From contig NC_087436.1 in NCBI RefSeq assembly GCF_036321535.1, positions 29,514,001 through 29,578,000 on the forward strand: a DNA stretch of 64,000 nucleotides. The letters are read 5' to 3'. The notes under the pieces are model-generated. The model had not been told where the DNA came from, ran no database searches, and was given only the letters and a program-made list of their open reading frames with translations. The position numbers were made by a program, and so were the translations under genes. This DNA is from Camelus dromedarius. Lineage: Eukaryota. This document shows, piece after piece, positions 27,030-40,689 of the stretch. How positions within the stretch are numbered: the stretch's first letter is position 1; each line of letters begins with the position of its first letter.

Positions 27030-27053
27030 TGGAAAGAGAGAGAGTGCACACGT

Positions 27054-27085
<32 letters not shown>

Positions 27086-27122
27086 AGAGGGAAAGGAAGA
27101 AAGGAAGGAAGAAAGGAAGACA
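27030..27122. repeat. (GA)n / (GGAA)n purine-rich microsatellite
   Basis: Directly visible. Confidence 0.9.
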
Positions 27123-27769
27123 GAATACTTTTTTATTTGTTTCCTGGCTGAAGATTTTAAACAAAAGGGCATCTCTTTATTTTCCTATTTATCCCTATTT
27201 ACAACGACCTCCCATACAATTAAATTATCTAATATTTGATCTTTACTGTATTCTATATTACCTAAGCTGATATGTTCAAATTCAGAAGCTAAATTTGCAA
27301 GAACATTTTCATTTGCTCTGGTCTTGTTGCATTTCTGTCCTCACAAAATCAATGCATTCTTCAGCTGTGGTACTTTTTAAAAAGAAAAGCATATAATTTT
27401 TTTTGAAAGCAGTCTGAGTATCTGTGATGTTTGTTTATCTCCTTGGAAATTAATGAAGGATTTCCTTCCTCCCAAAGTGATGGTCATGTAACTGGAGCAT
27501 GGGAAAATTATCAATATCTTATCTAAATTAAAATCTAAATTAAATCTTTTTTCTCCCTATGATCCAACTTCTTGGTGAGTATTCAATTATTGTAGTGAAT
27601 TTACTGTTGTTCTGAAACTGGAGAAACATTAAAAACACTGATGGAATGACTCAGAACAAAGTCATTAAACACTCTATTCAGAGGGAAAACAAGGTAATAA
27701 GAACTGGTGTGAGAACAGAACAAAGGTGAGCGTGGAGATTAGAAACTCATGGAAGTTGTGCAGCAAATT

Positions 27770-28932
27770 AAAGCATCAAGAGAATGATAAGGCAACATGC
27801 AAAATGTTATAAAATATTTGCAAATCATATATCTGATAAGGGGTTAATATTCAAAATTTATAAAGAAATTATATACCTTTATAGCAATAAAAATCTGATT
27901 AAAAATGAATAGAGGTACAGAATTGATATTCTTCCAAAGAAGACATACAGATAGTCAACAAGTATGTGAAAAGATGTTCAGAATCACTAATCATCAGGAA
28001 AATGCAAATTAAAACCACAATGAGATATCACCTCACACCTTTTAGAACTGCTAACATCAAAAAGACAAGGGATAACAAGTTCTGGTGAGGATGTGCAAAA
28101 AAGGGAACCCTGTGCACTGTTGATGGGAATGTTAATTTGTAAAGCCATTATGAAAACTGTATAGAAGTTCCTCAAAAAATTAAAAATAGAACTACCATAT
28201 GGTCCAGCAATCCTACATTCAGGTACCTATCCAAAGGAAATGAAAATATGGACCTTCAAGAGATACCTGCATTCCCATGTCCACTACAGCATTATTCACA
28301 ATAGCCAAGATAAGAAAACATCTAAGTGTCTGTCCATCAAAGGATGAATGGACAAAGAAGAAATGTTACATAGATGCCATATGTGGATAAAGTACAATAA
28401 AGTACATACACACACACACACAACAGAATATTATTTAGTCATGAGAAATAAGGACATTCTACAACACAGATGGACCTAGAAGGCATTATGCTAAGTGAAA
28501 CAGATCAGAGAGAGAACAACAAATACTGTATAATATCACAAATATACGGAATCTAAAAAGGCCAAACTTACAGAAACAGAGACTTGAATGGTCCCTACCA
28601 GGGGATGGGGAGTAAGAGAAACAGAGAAATTTAGTCAAAAAGTACAAACTTCCAGTTATAAGATGAGTGAGTTCTGTGAAACTAATGTACAGCATGGTGA
28701 TGATAGCTAATAAATACTGTATTATATACTTAAAAGTTGCTAAGACATGTCCACACCACCTTAAATGACCACACCACAAAAAAAGAAATGGTAATTATAA
28801 GACATGACGTAGGTGTTAGCTAACACTGTGGCAGTAATTATTGTGCAATATATAAATGTATCAAATCAAACACGTTCTATACCATACACTTATACAATGT
28901 TATATGTCAATTATATCTCAATAAAGCTGGGG
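27770..28932 (+). mobile_element. LINE-1 (L1MA-like) ORF2 3' part plus 3'UTR
   Basis: tttgcaaatcatatatctgataaggggttaatat...aaaaccacaatgagatatcacctcacacct...tatgtcaattatatctcaataaagct. Confidence 0.92.
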
Positions 28933-29099
28933 ATAAAGGAACACATGGATGGTCTCATGATATTACAAGAGCACAGGATATTTCTAAAACTAGCAGATAA
29001 TAGAAAATCTTTAAGGTTTTCTTAAAACTCATGAGATCAAGCATTATTTATGTATCAATGTATTGTTAATCACACACACACACACACACATGACAGTTT

Positions 29100-29510
29100 G
29101 TTACAAGCATAGATCTTGAGGGCATTATGTTAAGTGAAATGAATCAAAAAGATAAAGACACATTTTTATATGATCTCATTTATATGTAGAATCTTAAAAA
29201 AAAATAAATACAGAGAACAGATTGGTGGTTGCCAGACACAAGGGATCAGGGGTGACAAAAATGAGAGAAGGTGATCAAAAAGTACAAAATTCTAGTTACA
29301 GGATAAATAAGTCCAGGGGATATAATGTACAGCATGTTTACTAAAGCTATATTATATTTTATATTTGAAAGTTGCTAAGACAGTCTATCATAGAAGTTCT
29401 CGTCACAAGAAAAAAATTAACTATGTGAGGCAATGGACGTTAACTAAATTTATTGTGGTAATCATTTTTAATACACATGTACATCAAATCCTTATGTTGC
29501 ACAAAAAATT
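29100..29510 (+). mobile_element. LINE-1 (L1MA9-like) 3' end
   Basis: cttgagggcattatgttaagtgaaat...gagaacagattggtggttgccaga...ttgaaagttgctaaga. Confidence 0.88.
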
Positions 29511-29579
29511 CTTACGTTGTTTTAAAAAAGCCTATAAAAGGTTTAACTGCCATTTAGTACTTACTGGTGACTCACTTAC

Positions 29580-29745
29580 CATCTTTTGAATAACAGTTTT
29601 AGATATTTTGAGTAGTATTAGACTCTGTCTTTCTTTTAAATTTATTCCCAAAACAAAAAACTTCCCCTCTCTATTTACATGTTTATGGTAAACTGACATC
29701 TCAATTTCCACATGAGAAAGTTCACATGTCAATACACTATGAAGT
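29580..29745 (-). pseudogene. Exon remnant, 166 nt, phase 2-0: (R)LHSVLTCELSHVEIEMSVYHKHVNREGKFFVLGINLKERQSLILLKISKTVIQKM
   Basis: Branch-like ctaat plus tttctcattgcttcatcatag acceptor; consensus donor ATG|gtaagt; stop-free. Confidence 0.65.
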
Positions 29746-30257
29746 CTATGATGAAGCAATGAGAAATTATGACGAGATTAGAAATGGACTTTTTCATTCT
29801 AACTAGTATATCTATTAATAACTGTAATACTTTCTCCCACCACCGGACTAAGACCATATATATGCATAAACGAATGAAAGCTATCAATCTTCCATCCATT
29901 TCTGTAAGTTACTGAGAGAAATCAGTCACTGGATTGTAAAAGTAAAATAAGTTAGAACTTAAATATATCTGTTTATATTTTTAACAGAAATGAGATCATA
30001 AAGGTAATAACTTATTACATAATGTTTATATGTAACTTGAAATGACAAAAAATAAAACACTATTATCGAATGATGTTATAATTTGCATAACCACACATTA
30101 AAATCCTAGAGTTACATAATACTTTAACTGTTATTCAATGCTGGATATTCCTATTTTTCAAAAATACAGTGAACAATATGCAAACATTAAGTATCTATGT
30201 AAGTTAACTTTTTCAACTATTATTATTACTGAAACAATATCAGAATGTATATATTAC

Positions 30258-30440
30258 CTCAAATTTGGAAAAGTTTGTAAACATTCTGTATATTTGGAAA
30301 TCGCATTTTGTGATGGAGCTAATTTGAAACAGATAGCTACAATTCCAACATCTATACTAATATTGATAAGAGCTAATGATAAAAGGACTTCCAGGCAATC
30401 CAATTCTCTTGTTAAATGGAGAATGCAATGTGCTTGGCAT
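30258..30440 (-). pseudogene. Exon remnant, 183 nt, phase 2-2: CQAHCILHLTRELDCLEVLLSLALINISIDVGIVAICFKLAPSQNAISKYTECLQTFPNL(R)
   Basis: Acceptor gtgttttcttacaaattacttaaagtacag, donor GAG|gtaata; stop-free; phase matches the next exon across a 512-nt intron. Confidence 0.65.
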
Positions 30441-31463
30441 CTGTACTTTAAGTAATTTGTAAGAAAACACATTATTTAGCCAGCTGTAGATTCTACTATT
30501 TCATGATTAAGACTACAACCTATTTATCAACTTATAGATATAAGTACACTATTGTTCAAAAATAAGAATTTAAACACAGTAGAATCAATACATATTATTA
30601 AACCAATAGTCATCTACATTCGTCTTCCAGCTGTTTAGTGAAATTACTGAAGCATGGAGCCAAAGAGCTAATACCATATTTATTTTTGTTTATTGAAATA
30701 ATAAAAGCATGTTAATGACAAAGTGCAAAAATTCCTGAGAAATTAATGTACTATGAAGTAAAATTTTGTTTGAAAATCAAGACAAGTACAGTAAAAGCTT
30801 AAGGCTTTAAATGAACATTGCATATCATGTATTTAACTATTAAATCACTTTTACAGAAGTGTATCTGCAAATTACATACCATGAAAAATGATAGCAGTAT
30901 GCTGAAGACAGACTAAGTCTAGTGTGTGGAATTACATTAATTTTAAACAGTATTCAAGTTATTTTGTATAATCATAGAAACAGAAAATTTAAAACATCTG
31001 CATGTATTTTATTTATTTTTTTCAGTGTTTATATCCATGTATCATTTAATCTCATTCTAGTACAGTTAATTCTGACAACTAATAATTCCTTTATATAAGT
31101 TCCATTTTGATTCAAATGAAAATAAGCCCTGAGTATCCCATATTTAGTGCAGCCCTCAGAGACAATATATAGTATATGCACATATAGAGAAGCTTGAGGG
31201 GATACATAATATAATTAGATTTTATATATGGTGTTATTGATAAAGAATATCAGAGATTAGTAAGTTTAACATGTTTGAAATATTATCTAATTTATAAATG
31301 AATTAAATTTCAAAAAAACAATATATGTATAGGCTACTACTTAAAAATATGTTAACTTACCAACACACATATCTTGAATAAAGAAAAATATATAATTTTA
31401 TCAGTATTAATGATTAAACAAATTACTTAATAAAGACTTTCAAATAAAGTAATTACAATTTTA

Positions 31464-32839
31464 TTTATTTATTTTTATTGACATATACTTGTTTACAATA
31501 TTAGTTTCACATGAGCAACGTAGTGATTCAATATTTTTATTGATTATATTCCATTTAAAGTTATTTTAAACTAGTGGCTATAGTTCCCTGTGCTGTATAA
31601 TATATCCTTCGAATTTATTTACTTTATACATAATAGTTTGAACCTTTTAATCTCCTACCCCTGTCTTGCTCCTTCCTCCCCTTCACTCTCCAGTCTCGTA
31701 ACCATTAGTTTGTTCTCTGTATGAGTCTGCCTCTGTCTTGTTATATTAATTTGTTTTACTTTTTAGATTTCACATATAAGCAATAACATACACTGTTTGT
31801 CTTTTTCTGTCTGACTTATTTCACTAAGCTTAATACCCTCTGGATCCACTATGTTGTTGCAAACAGCAGGATTTCATTCTTTTATGGCTGAGTAATATTC
31901 CATTGTGTGTGAGTGTGTGTGTGTACCTTATCTTCTTAAACTAATTCATCTGTTGATGGACACTTAAGTTGTTTCCATATTAACATGGGGTGCATGCATT
32001 TTCTTGAATTAGTGTTTTTGTTTTCTTCAGATATATACCCAGTAGTGGAAGTGCTGGATCATGTAACAGTTCTATTATTAGTTTTTCAAGGAATCTCTAT
32101 ACTGTTTTCCATAGTGGCTGCATTAATTCACATCCCCACCAACAGAATACTAGGGTTCCCTTTTTTCCACACTTTCACCAGCATTTGTTATCTGTGGTGT
32201 TGTTTGATGATAGCCATTCTGACACGTGTGAGGTGATATCTCATTACGGTTTTGACTTACATTTCTCTGATTAGCAATATTGAGCATCTTTTCATGTGCC
32301 TGGTTATGTCCATATGTATGTCTCCTTTGGAAACATATATATTCAGGTCTTCTGCCCATTTTTTAATCAGGATGTTTTTTATTTGACATTGAGTTGTATG
32401 AGTTATTTACAAATTTTGGATATTAACCCCTTGATGTTCATATCATTTGCAAACATTTTCTTCCATTCTGTAGGTTGTCTTTTTGTTTTGCCAATAGTTT
32501 CCTTTTAAGCTTAATTAGGTTCCATTTGTTCATTTTTGCTTTTGTTTCCTTTGCCTTAGGAGGAAGATCCAAAAAAAAAAAAAAAGTTACAATTTATGTC
32601 ATAGAGTGTTCTGTTTATGGTTTCTTTTAGGAGTTTTATGATTTCTGGTCTTACATTGAGATCTTTAATCCATTTTGAGTTTATTTTTGCATATAGTGTG
32701 AGAAAATGTTCCAACTTCATTCTTTTACATGCAGCTGTCTGATTTTCCCAGCACCACTTATTGAAGACTGTCTTTTCTTCAATGTATATTCTTGTCTCCT
32801 TTTTTGAAGACTAAATGACCATAAGTGTGTGGGTTTATG
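31464..32839 (-). mobile_element. 5'-truncated LINE-1 with 17-bp TSD
   Basis: Antisense ORF2 and 3'UTR sequence; TSD aagtaattacaatttta (31447-31463) and aagtacttacgatttta (32840-32856). Confidence 0.93.
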
Positions 32840-33044
32840 AAGTACTTACGATTTTAACAACAAAAATATGCTTTTTACTCTCACCACTTTCTAATTATCT
32901 GAAGAGTTAAAAAAAATCAATACTTTAAAGAATTTCTTTGCACTAAATTATAAAATATATCCATGGTCACTTTGCTTCCATTAAATGTTCAAACAGAGTA
33001 AACAAAAATGTATGTTTCAAATTATCAACATGATTTTCAATAGA

Positions 33045-36000
33045 AAACTATCTTACAAAGATTGAATATTAAAATCTGTATCAAACTGAATCAATAATTA
33101 ATAAACTTTAGAACACAAAGCACCAGGCCTAGATAGGTTCAGAGGTGAATTCTCCCAAGCATTTGTGGAAGAAATTATACTAATTTTCTATATCTCTTTC
33201 AGATGCTGGAAGTACATTTTCCCTAGTTCAATCTTTTAAGATCAACATTACTATAAAATGAAAATCAGACAAAGATATTATAGGGAAAGACAACTACAGA
33301 CCAATATCTCTCAAACATGAAGATGCAAACGCTCCTCAGCTCTATCCAGCAATGTATAAAAAATTATGAACCACAAGACTGATTCAACTTTAAAAATAAA
33401 TAAATGTAATCCATTGTATCAACAAACTAAAGAAGAAAATCATGTAGTATCAATAGATGCTAATATATCATTTGAAAAATTCAATATTAATTCATGATAA
33501 AAATATCAATAAATTAGGGACAGACAGAAACTTCCTCAATTTGATAAAGAATATCTACAAAATATCTGTAACTAACATCATACTGAATAGAGAGTAAAAG
33601 TCTCCCTGCTAAGATCAGGAACAAGGCAAGGATGTTCCATCTTACCACTCTTTTTCAATATTGTATTGGAAAGCCTAACTAATGTATAAAACAAGAAAAA
33701 TGATGGAATATTTACTGAGTGGAAAAGAAGAAATGCAATTTGTTCACAGTCATCTGTGTAGAAGTCAAAAGAATAAACAAAAAACTCCTAGAACTTATAA
33801 GTGAGTGAAACAAGTTTGCAAGATAGAACCAATCACTTTTCTAACTACCAGCAATGATCAAGTAGAATCTGAAATACAAAAACACGATACCATTTGTTTT
33901 ATCACCTCACAAAATTAAATACTTACTTATAAATCTAATAAAATATCTACATGATCTATATAAGGAAAATTACAAAACTCTAATGAAAGAAATCAAAGAA
34001 AAACTAAATAAATGGAGAGAGATTCCATATTCTTGGATAGAAGGAATCAACATTGTCAAGATATCAGTTCTTCCCAAATTGACCTATAGATTCAGTGCAA
34101 TCCTAATCAAAATCCCAGAAAGTTATTTGGTGGATATTGACAAACTAACTTTAAAATTTAAACACAGAGACAAAAGATCCAGAATAGTAACACATTACTG
34201 AATGAGAACAAAGCTGGAACACTGATAATGCCTAACTTCAAGGCATATGGTAAAGCTACAGTAATCAAGAGTGTGACATTAACCAAAAAAAGACAAACAG
34301 ATCAACAGAACAGAATATAGAGCACAAAAATAGACCCATATAAACAGTCAAATGATCTTGACCTGGGAACAAAGACACTACAATGAAGGAAAGATAGTCT
34401 TCTCAATGAACTTTGTTAAAATAACTGGATATTCACATGCAAAAAATAATGAATCTAGACACAAATCTTACACTCTTCACATTTGAAATTAATTCAAAAT
34501 GGTTCAGAGACCTAAATGTAAAATGCAAAACCATAAGACTCCTAGAAGATAAAGTAGGAGAAGATTTAGATGACCTTAGTTTTGGTGTTGGCTTTTTAGA
34601 TTTGAACTAAAGGTATGATTCAGGAAGAACTGATAGGCTGAATCTCATTAAAATAACAAATGTTTGCTCTATGAAAGATGCTGTCAAGAAAATTAAAAAA
34701 CTAGCTACAAACCAGGAGAAAAATATGTGCAAAAGACACATTTAATAATGGACTGTTATCAAAAATACACAAGGAATTCTAAAATTCAACAATAGGAAAA
34801 CAACCCAATTAAAAATGGGCTAAATACCTTAACAGACACCTCACCAAAGAAGGCATACAGACGGCAAATAATCATATGAAAAGATGCTCCACATCACATG
34901 TCATCAGGGAAAATGAAAACAACATATATCCTGTCAATTAATTTACAGCAAAAGAGCCAAGAATATATGATTGTGAAAGGACAGTCTCTTCAATAAATGG
35001 TGTTGGGAAAATTAGACAGCTACCAAAAAAGAAAGAAACTTGACCACTACTTTACAGCATATACAAAAATTAACTCAAGATAGATAAAGACCTGAATATA
35101 ATTCCTGAAACCATGAAACACCTAGGAGGAAACATAGGTGGTAAGCTCCTTGACACAGGTCTTGGTTATGACTTTTTAAAATTTAAAACCAAAAGAGAAA
35201 GTAAAAAAGCAAAAATAAGCAAGTGAGACTCCATCAAATTAAAAAGCTTCTGCATAGCAAAGGAAACCATGAAAAAATGAAAAGGGAACTTACTGAATGG
35301 GAGAAAATATTTGCACATCATTTATCTGATAAGGTGCCGATAACCAAAATATATAAAGAACTCATACACCTCAATAGCCAAAGAAACCCAAACAATGATT
35401 TTTAAAATGTACAAAAAACCTTAGTAAACATTTTTTCAAAGAAGACATGCCTATGTCCAAAAGATATGTAAGAAGATAATAAACATTATTAATAATCAGG
35501 GAAGTATTGATCAAAACCATAGTGACATAGCACATCATGCCTGTTAGAATGGCCATTATCAAAAAGATGAGAAATAACAAGTGCTGGTGAGGATCTGGAG
35601 AAAGGGAACACCTGTGGATTGTTGCTGGGAATGTAAATTGATGCAGTCACTATGAAAAACAGTACAGAGTTTCTTCAAAAAAATAAAAATAGAACTACCA
35701 TATGATCCAGCAATTCTACTTCTAGGTAGAAAACAAACAAAAAAAACTAATGAGAAAATATATATGCATCCCTATGTTAATTACAGCATTGTTTACAATA
35801 GTCAAGATATGGTAAACATAAGTGTCCATCTCTGGATGAATAAAGAAATTGTGAGATATATATATATATATAAAATATTACTCAGCCATAAAAATGAATG
35901 AAATGTTGTAATTTGTGACAACATGGATGGACCTCAAGGGCATTATGCTAAGTGAAATAAGTCAGATAGGGAATCTTTCTTATACGTGCAATCTAAAAAA

Positions 36001-36365
36001 AAAAACAAAACACAAGCAAAACACAAAAACAAACTCACAGATATCAAGAACAGATCGGTGATTGCTAGAGGTGGGGATGAGGGGTAGAAAAATTGGATGT
36101 AGGGCATCAAAAACAAAAAGAAAACACAATACTATTTACACATCACTCAAAAGATAATGAGAGGCCTTTTTATGGATGAAAATGTTCTGTGTCTTGACTA
36201 TATCAATGTGATTATACTAGTTGTGATACTATACTATACTTTGCAGTAGTTTACCACTGGGGGACACTGAATAAAGATTTCAATAGTATAGGATCTCTCT
36301 GTATTATTTCTTACAATTGCATGTAATTCTATAATTATATCAGTAAAAATTTCAATCAATAAAGA
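33045..36365 (+). mobile_element. Old LINE-1 (L1MC/MD-like) ORF2 RT region to 3' end, interrupted by a younger L1
   Basis: ORF2 peptide MKEIKEKLNKWREIPYSWIEGINIVKISVLPKLTYRFSAILIKIP; 3' end gatctctctgtattatttcttacaattgcatgtaattctataattat. Confidence 0.9.
34925..36120 (+). mobile_element. Younger LINE-1 fragment nested in the older L1
   Basis: ORF2 sequence restarts at an upstream position (gacagtctcttcaataaatggtgttgggaaaa) immediately after the older copy had reached the C-terminal region. Confidence 0.85.
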
Positions 36366-39131
36366 CACTAATTAGAAAACACAAATGTTCCAAAGATTAA
36401 GACAAACTATTTACAGATGTATGTCTGAAAAAGGACTCATAAAAACAAACAAGAAAATATTAAATGTTTAATATCTGGATCATACTTTATATAGTAAACT
36501 CATCCATAATCGTCATCATTAACTTTAAAATAAGCACATGAATTCACAGTGGATATAGAAGGGAAGACTATAACAAAAAAGTTGAATCTTTGAGTAAATA
36601 TCACAGGTAATTTCTTTTTGAAAAACATATTCGTTAATATAATCTTTAAAATAGGAATCAGTCAGCCTCTATCATTTCATCAACCTATACTTGAGCTTCC
36701 AACACATGTTCTCATGAATCCAGTTGACTATATTTTCGGAGGGAGGAAGTTTCTAAGAGTTAACAGGTTAACAATGAACCTAGTTGAAAAACTGTACTGG
36801 GAGAATGAACAGTTATTAAATACCATGAAAAATAAGGAGAAGAAAAGAAAGTGGTAGATTAGAAAATAAAACCTGTTATTTTAAATAAAAATTAACAGAA
36901 AATAAATTTTTCATTTTGCAAAATCAATTAACATAGACACAATCTACTAATTTCTTTAATACTATAATTATTAACTACTATTTTTATTATTTGTTTTCTA
37001 TCATTCTAAACTTATTTTTATCCTTAGCAATATGTTATAATTTTCAACGTACTTGATAAAATATTATTAAAATGATCAACGTCCCATGAGCGTTTCAGAA
37101 TATAAAGGCTAATTAAAATTAGAGCTGGAATAATCTGTGTGCAGTAGTCGATCATCTTTGTATATCTTTTTTATTGTTATTTATTACCATCATATAAAGG
37201 CCCTATATTATGTTAATTTTGCTTATAATATTCTAAAATAAATGTTCAGTGTGAGCTCTTTCATTCTATCCTCACCTCTGAGGAAGTGAGTCTAGGTATC
37301 AGGGAGGGGGACAGGACTGAAGCCAGGATGCTATCTAGTTAGATCCTGCCCACTAACAGGAATTTGTCTGTCTTTTCCTCTTCTTCCAAACATGGGTGCA
37401 AGCACTGGAGAAGGGGTTAGTGGTGGATAATTGCACTAAAGAGACAGAATCTCTATTCTCCAACAGTATAATCCGTTACTTGCTCTCCTAAAGCCACAGA
37501 ATAAACAGTGAAGATACAGATGGTTCACCATCCTCTTCTTTACTTTTTAAGACCTTTTCAGGGACACTGGAAATTTGGAGGCCTGTCCAGAGGGGAAAAG
37601 CAGGAGAAGGAGGCAGGAAGGGGCTCCCCTCTTGCATGTACATGGCACACCTATGTCAGTAAATGGACCCAGATTTTCTTTGCCTCAATTTTTCAGTCCC
37701 TGTACCTCTACTAGGTTCATTCGGGTTTTTGTTCTTCCCAGCAGCTTCTTAATTTGCTCATTCAAAGGTGGCAACCCCAACAGCTTCCCTTCCATGACCT
37801 GTTCATAGTCCTATTATTAGACCTACCATCCTGGTTCCAATTACTTGTTTATCTCAGAGTAGGCTTTTAGGGCAAGGGCAACAGCTCATTTGGGTGAGTA
37901 CCCAAGGACTAGAACTGGATAAAAATTACTGTAAGAACTCAGTAAGTATCCATGGGTTAAATTGATGAATAAATGAATCCCTCTTGACATTCAAGAATAA
38001 AGTAACTATATCAAGAAGATCTATGGAGAAGATCAATGCTACATGGGAAAGCATAGAATATAAAAATCTAATTGAATTAAGTATTTCATGTAGGCTAGAA
38101 CAATGAAAGAGTTTTAAAACTTCTGTAAATTATTTGTTTCTTAGTGTATCTAAAAAGCTACACCACTGTGTTGTAGTTTTCAATATAATCTCAAGCAGGT
38201 TAGTTTAATTAAATCATAAAATGTTTCAGCATTTCGAATTTGACTATGAGAAAAACACATCTACAATAAGAACTTTCAGATCAGTTGACCAAAACTCAAT
38301 GGTTCATCACCCCAGAGAGAAAACAAACATAGCTTGTGGAGAGATACTCTAATTTTTCTTAAAGGGTATTTTTCTAATGTTAAGTAGAACAATACATTAT
38401 GAGACATAGCTTTCAACAAGGCTGACTGAACTTGCATAAATTTTAATTGCATGGTACCCAAAACTGTAAACTTAATTTACTGACAATTACAATAAGAAGT
38501 TAGGGTGTGTCTGCAGGTAGGTGACTGCTGTGGGGTGTGTGTCCCATAGATACTCAACAGCTCCTAAGGGTGCAGAAAATCCCTGCATTGGAAATTAATT
38601 CGTCCTTTGGCTCAGCATTTAGTTACAGAAAGGAGAAAGGCAAATGGGAAAGAAAGAATCTTACTTATTCTGAAAATAAGAAAAATAAAGATTTATTATT
38701 CATCAGAAAATGAGTGCTACAGGAGGAGGCCCATGACCTGAATTCAGTTAGACTGAAACAAACAAGACTCTCCTTATAATAGAACACATTAAATCCAGAT
38801 AAAGATGATGCTTTAAAAATCAAACTAACATTTTTACATAAACAATCATATTGAACATATTTTTTTTCTTATAAGGACAACTATAGTTTTAAATATGATT
38901 TTTAAAAAAATTAAATGATGAAATTATGTACAGAGACAAATTTTACATATTTGTTGGATATTTTGAACTTCACCTAAAAATGTACACATGTTCAAATATT
39001 ATAGTTTATTTTTCCTGGCTCTGAATTCTCTGTAGTCCATATCTTGAAACTGCCTTTTGGTATCTGTTGATCTGACTGTATTTTTGAAAGGGAAGACATC
39101 CATTAGGTAACCACTACCTTATGCTTAGAAA

Positions 39132-39790
39132 TGAAACTAAGCCAGACCCTGCAGGGCCTTCCTGGGGACAGACCTCACCCTCACCTTCACCTTGTTTCCA
39201 TCTCTTGTTCATAGAAAAGCTATAACCTCCTATGCCTTTCCCAAGTTCCAAAGAGCAAATTTAACCAGAGAAGTGAGAAAATACAAAAACAAAGGAAAAC
39301 AGTCAAGCAAGACAAAATAATAATAGTTCAGCCAGAAAACAAAGTCAAGGACCTTTAGCTCCTCCTCAAGGGCTATAGACAATAGTGTCTTAGTCATATC
39401 CTTAAATTGTTTTGAAAATGCTAAAAACTCCACCTGGTGGAAGAAGTTAACTGCATGCTGACTAACCAGCACACAGACCCCAGAAGGGTTGGAACCAGAA
39501 AATTGATGACTGAGGTTCCAGAAATATCACCATTACTTTACCACCAACCAATCAGGAGGATATACGTGAGCTGATGAAGAACCTTGTGACCGACCCTCTC
39601 CCTCACTACACCTTTAAAAACCCTTCCCCGAAAGCCATCAGGGTCTTTTTGATCATGAATGCCTGTTCTTGCTAGGCCCCATGTTGGGTACCTTGCAATA
39701 AACTTTGTACTTTCCTTCACCACACCCTGGTATCAGCAGATTGACTTTGCTGTGAACAGGGCGAATGGACTTAAGTTCGATTTGGTAACA
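39132..39790 (+). mobile_element. ERV1-class solo LTR
   Basis: tgaaactaag...ttggtaaca termini, AATAAA near 39697, perfect 4-bp TSD GAAA. Confidence 0.9.
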
Positions 39791-40689
39791 GAAATTAACC
39801 TACACTCTTAACGCAATACAGGTATATGTTATGAAGTGTGTCCTATTATACGATTAAAAATTTTAATGTTTTATTCTGAGGTGGGTGGCAGATATTTCCT
39901 GTTCTAGTATTTTTCAGGTTCATATGAAATTATAGGTTTAAGTGTGAGTTCAACATGAACAGTTGCTACCAATGTTAACATATCTTATAATGGTTATAAA
40001 TTAGCAGAATATTCTTCGTTACAATTAACATAGAATGTGATAAGTTGTCATCTATTTTGAATGGTTTGGTACATAAATATGACTCTAATTTTCTCCTAAG
40101 AAATTAAAACTACAAGAAACAAGGTTACTTCCTGAAGATTAAACACTGAAATCTAGAAAAATACAGATGTAATTTCATATATATGACTAAACTAGTATCC
40201 GGTACAGCTGTGACTGACAAGGTTGAAAATACCTAAAATTTGAAGTAGCTTATTCTTAAATTATTACTCTGAAGAAACTATGATGCATTAAGCAGAAAGT
40301 CTATTATTATTTTTACTCTATTTGTAAAAGATTATATAGCACATGAAGATGGTAATGCTAGAGAACAGGTAAGGGAAAATATTAGAAAATGCTTTGACTA
40401 TCTTTCTCTGTCCTCTGTCACTTTAATCTGTCCTTTACTGGCTCCTTCCCAAAATGTATGCATGTTTATTATCCTTGATTAAACAAAAAGAAGCTAGAAG
40501 CAGAAAATTCAACCTCTCAACTCTATGTTCTCTTCATTTAGTCCCTGATCTTTCTCTTCCCTTTACAGTTAAACTTCTTGAAAAACATAATTACAATCAA
40601 AATAAATATCAAGTACCTACTTTGCTTCAATAATTGCTATAACTTGTAACTTAGATAATAATTTTTTAAAAACAAAACAAGAAGTACAT

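Noticed and set aside
38260..38462. Possible WD40-like exon (FVFSLG**TIEFWSTDL) or the 61-aa ORF
   Set aside because: No convincing donor and ambiguous frame; not enough support to list.
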